The translations under genes were made by a program, and so were the position numbers. Below, in pieces: positions 61,001 to 64,000 of a stretch of 64,000 nucleotides of DNA. Source of the stretch: Azolla caroliniana (lineage: Eukaryota > Plantae > Polypodiophyta). Position 1 is the first letter of the stretch. Each line of letters begins with the position of its first letter. Where the stretch lies: assembly GCA_043228905.1 (NCBI GenBank), contig JBHGNT010000013.1, positions 4,526,001 through 4,590,000 of the forward strand, in the 5' to 3' direction. Under the pieces are notes generated by a model. That model was not told the DNA's origin. It saw only the letters and a list, made by a program, of their open reading frames with translations, and ran no database searches.

Positions 61001-62672
61001 ATGTTGATAGTCGATCAAGATACAAGAAAGATCGGAAGCTGGAAGAAAGCTCTAGCAAATCGTTTGCCATGAAAGATCTTGGACCGGCTAAATAGATCTT
61101 GGGGATGCATATAGTTTGGGACAAAACTAAGAAAGTGTTGTGGTTGTCACAACAGAAGTATGTGACAAAGATCCTAGAAAGGTTCAATATCTCGGAAACA
61201 AAGACAGTCGGCTCAGTGTTGCTAAGCAATGCCAAAGTAGGGAGAAAGAAATGGCTGAGATTAGGAAAGTACCATATGCCTCAGTCGTCAACAGTTTAAT
61301 GTACACTATGGTCTGCACGAGACCAAACATAACATTTGTTGTGGGAACAACAAGCCGATATATGAGTAATCCAGGACGAGAACACTGGGTAACAATAAAA
61401 AGGATGTTCAAGTACTTAAAAGGCACCTCGGGTGTCTGCCTTAAGTATGATGTCAGAAAACCTATGCTTGAAGGGTTTACCGACTCAGACATGTCGGGGG
61501 ATGCATATTCAAGTCGATCCACTTAGAGGTACATGATTACCTATGCAGGAGGAGCAATATTGTGGTAGTCATGACTGTAGAAGTCTGTGTCTTTGTCGAC
61601 CACAGAGGTAATCTAAGAGTACATGGCAATGGTAGAGGCCGACAAAGAGCTAATCTGGATGAGAAACTTTCTCAACGAGTTGGGGATGAAGCAAACGAAG
61701 TTCTTGCTCCATTGTGATAGCCAGAGTGCAATACATCAAGCAAAGAATATTTTGTACCACTCCCGAACCAAGCACATATAGAGAAGGTATCACTCAATGG
61801 TTGTGGGAGAAAGTCGAAGAAGGAGATTTTATCCTCATGAAGATCCATACTGATGACAATGAATTCGACATGCTGACAAAGAACCTACTGATGGATAGTC
61901 TCACAGTCTGTCAACAGAGGAGAGGAATAACAGACACCTCCCCAAAGGAGTGAAGGGGGAATTTGTTAGGAATTTGTACCTCCAGTGGGAGGAGCCGATT
62001 GTTCGGGCCAAGAAGTGCCAACAGTTGAAGACTAGGAGGAGCCAACTGTTCGGGTCGAGTACCGATGGCTGAAGAGTCGATTGCGAGAATCGACTGGGTG
62101 AGTCAAAAGAAAGCAGATCTAGGTCGAAGTCACGACCGACTAGTTGGGCCGACCGAATGGTCGATGACCAGGTCGACTAGTCGGACCGACTGGACAGTCG
62201 ACACTAGAGTCAACTGATGGCTACTTATTATTATAGATAATAATAGTGGTGATGCATAGTAAGGGCTACATTTGTAAATAACTAATATTTTGTATTAGTA
62301 TAAATACACCGAGGGCTAACAATGTATTACGGAGACATAGAGTAAATAGAGTGTGTTGTCGTGGAGCACGTAAGTCAAGAGAAGTGAGAGAAGAGACAGA
62401 GAGAGACGGGCGCCATAGTTGTATTAGTAACAACAGACGCCAAGAGCCCTATGAGGGCTGATACACTCCGCACACAGAGTGTTGTACTCTGGTCTCTCCA
62501 TTGTATATCCATTGTGTATCCATTGTATAGTGAAGTTTTGTTCTCCGTGGTTTTCTCCCGTTACAGGGTTTCCACATTAAATCTGTGTACACTGTTTGTT
62601 TTTTTCTGTGTTTCCGAGTTGTGTATTTCAGCATATTCCTTTTCTTGTGAATTAATGATTCGTTTCTCAACA
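58025..62672 (+). mobile_element. Degenerate Copia K (C-related); 5' LTR and PBS missing, 3' LTR 61964-62672
   Basis: Gag-pol fragments align with C (FPLDDAMQAILLMCTLP, GELWHKRLGHMSEKG, KVPYAS, GFTDSDMS). PPT GAAGGGGGAA at ~61952-61961, followed by TGTTAG...CAACA. Confidence 0.88.
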
Positions 62673-62884
62673 TATACTAAATTTAATGCAGATGGAATTA
62701 GAGTAGCGTCATAAGAAGGCATTCGTCGACTGACACCAGAAAGGTGACGAGGAGTTCGGAATTCGGCAACCCAGTTTTGGTTTTTCAAACACAGATGGGG
62801 AGCATGTCGGGAAAGCTCTAATTTCGGTGGATGGAACCCTATTGGATCACAAAGGAATTTAAGAAATCATATCAATTTCATGGC

Positions 62885-64000
62885 CTAAGTTTGCTTGAAT
62901 GGCCAATAGTTCCCTAGCCCTTTCCAATTCTTCCTCCAAAAATTTAATGCGGCTTTGGGCCTCCTCCAACTGATCGGTCGCTGCCGTCAATTGCTCTGTC
63001 TATGTGGGTCTGCTAAACAATTCCTTGTGTTCTCCTTCCACCCGATCAGCCACTTAGGTAACCTATGTTCCCAGCCATTCGAGCAATTGCAGGCAAGTCT
63101 CGTATTGTGTGAGTACAACAAACTATTGCACCGCCTCCAGCATGTCTCTTTGCTCCATATTCTCCCGCAAACTCTATGCACTGGTTCTTCTTTTGTTACC
63201 GGTTCTAGTTCCGGTCTTTCTTGGTTCTTCGGTCGATGCTTCAACTCATTCATCAGTTGTTTATTATGATCCGGTTGTGTTGCTCCCTCTGGCTCTAGTT
63301 ATGGTTGAACTGTCTCAACCATTTCTCGTCGTAGTGATTCTGCATGCTCCTCGGGCCTCGGTTCCACTACCGCTGAGCAGGTGATCAATGTACTATCCAT
63401 TTCTAGACCCGATCCATTCCCATGCTGCTCATCGTGATGTTTTCTAGGGATCTCTGAAGGATTTCTTCTTCTTTTGCCAGCTCCTCCTCCTCTAGGTCTC
63501 CTGGTGTGTTGTCTCTACCTGTTCCGACTTCTCGTGCTCGCTATCTTTCCTTCTCAGCTTAATCTGAATGGGTTTCGCCGGCCTAGTAGGTTCTTCTCTC
63601 CTTGGTTCTGGCATCGGTTTTGCTTGGCGGGATGCTTCTGCCGCCCATGGGGGGCTGTGGTTCGCAAGTAATTGCTACCGTTTGGATGAGGGTTGTGGCG
63701 TCCTTTCCGCTTGTGCCCGCTTCTTCAGTTTAATGGTGCATTGTGGCGGCGTGAAGATTGTTTGCCACTGTGTTACTCCGGTCCACACTTTCTTCCCGTC
63801 TGCCACCATGATTATGGCTATTTGCAGGGAGTGTGCTACAATCAATGGCCAATCCAAACACGCTATGATGAAGCCCGCTCGGTTCTTCGGCATGGTGAGT
63901 GGCCTGGGATGCACAAACTCGTATTCAAGCCGGATTCTGGCTATTTCCCAGAATACAACGTTCTCTTCTCCTTGCATCCGGTAAGATTTGCTTGCTATTG
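62885..64000 (-). pseudogene. Third copy of the Gypsy accessory ORF (degenerate)
   Basis: SYRMQGEENVVFWEIARIRLEYEFVHPRP..KKVWTGVTQW aligns with the accessory ORFs of A and B. Confidence 0.75.

Overview
This is a gene-free, eukaryotic (land-plant-type; possibly a non-seed plant, which is inference) nest of transposable elements. I reconstructed it by eye from LTRs, target-site duplications (TSDs) and reading frames. A degenerate + strand Copia (F: ~2345-3352 / 47730-49710 / 54708-~55172) is interrupted by a 44-kb Ty3/Gypsy element (A: 3353-47724, - strand). A contains a related Gypsy (B: 4834-20435) and a Copia (D: 21290-39610). B's 3' LTR carries an intact, very young Copia (C: 5190-10798). 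D's gag is split by a 12.8-kb TIR DNA transposon (E: 25853-38645; GGG termini, TTTT TSD, Sola2-like transposase). Further Copia and Gypsy remnants fill 1-2340 and 49711-64000. Main findings: (1) E carries an apparently intact spliced transposase and a convergent 7-exon accessory gene (RING finger + degenerate FCP1/NIF-type CTD-phosphatase domain), with palindromic AGCTAATTAGCT arrays filling introns; the same motif is in the LTRs of the host Copia. (2) Both Gypsy elements A and B have no polypurine tract; a second, inverted tRNA-Arg-type primer-binding site sits in its place. (3) A conserved non-Env accessory ORF occurs in three Gypsy copies. Family assignments come from motif recognition, not database searches, and mismatch counts are manual.
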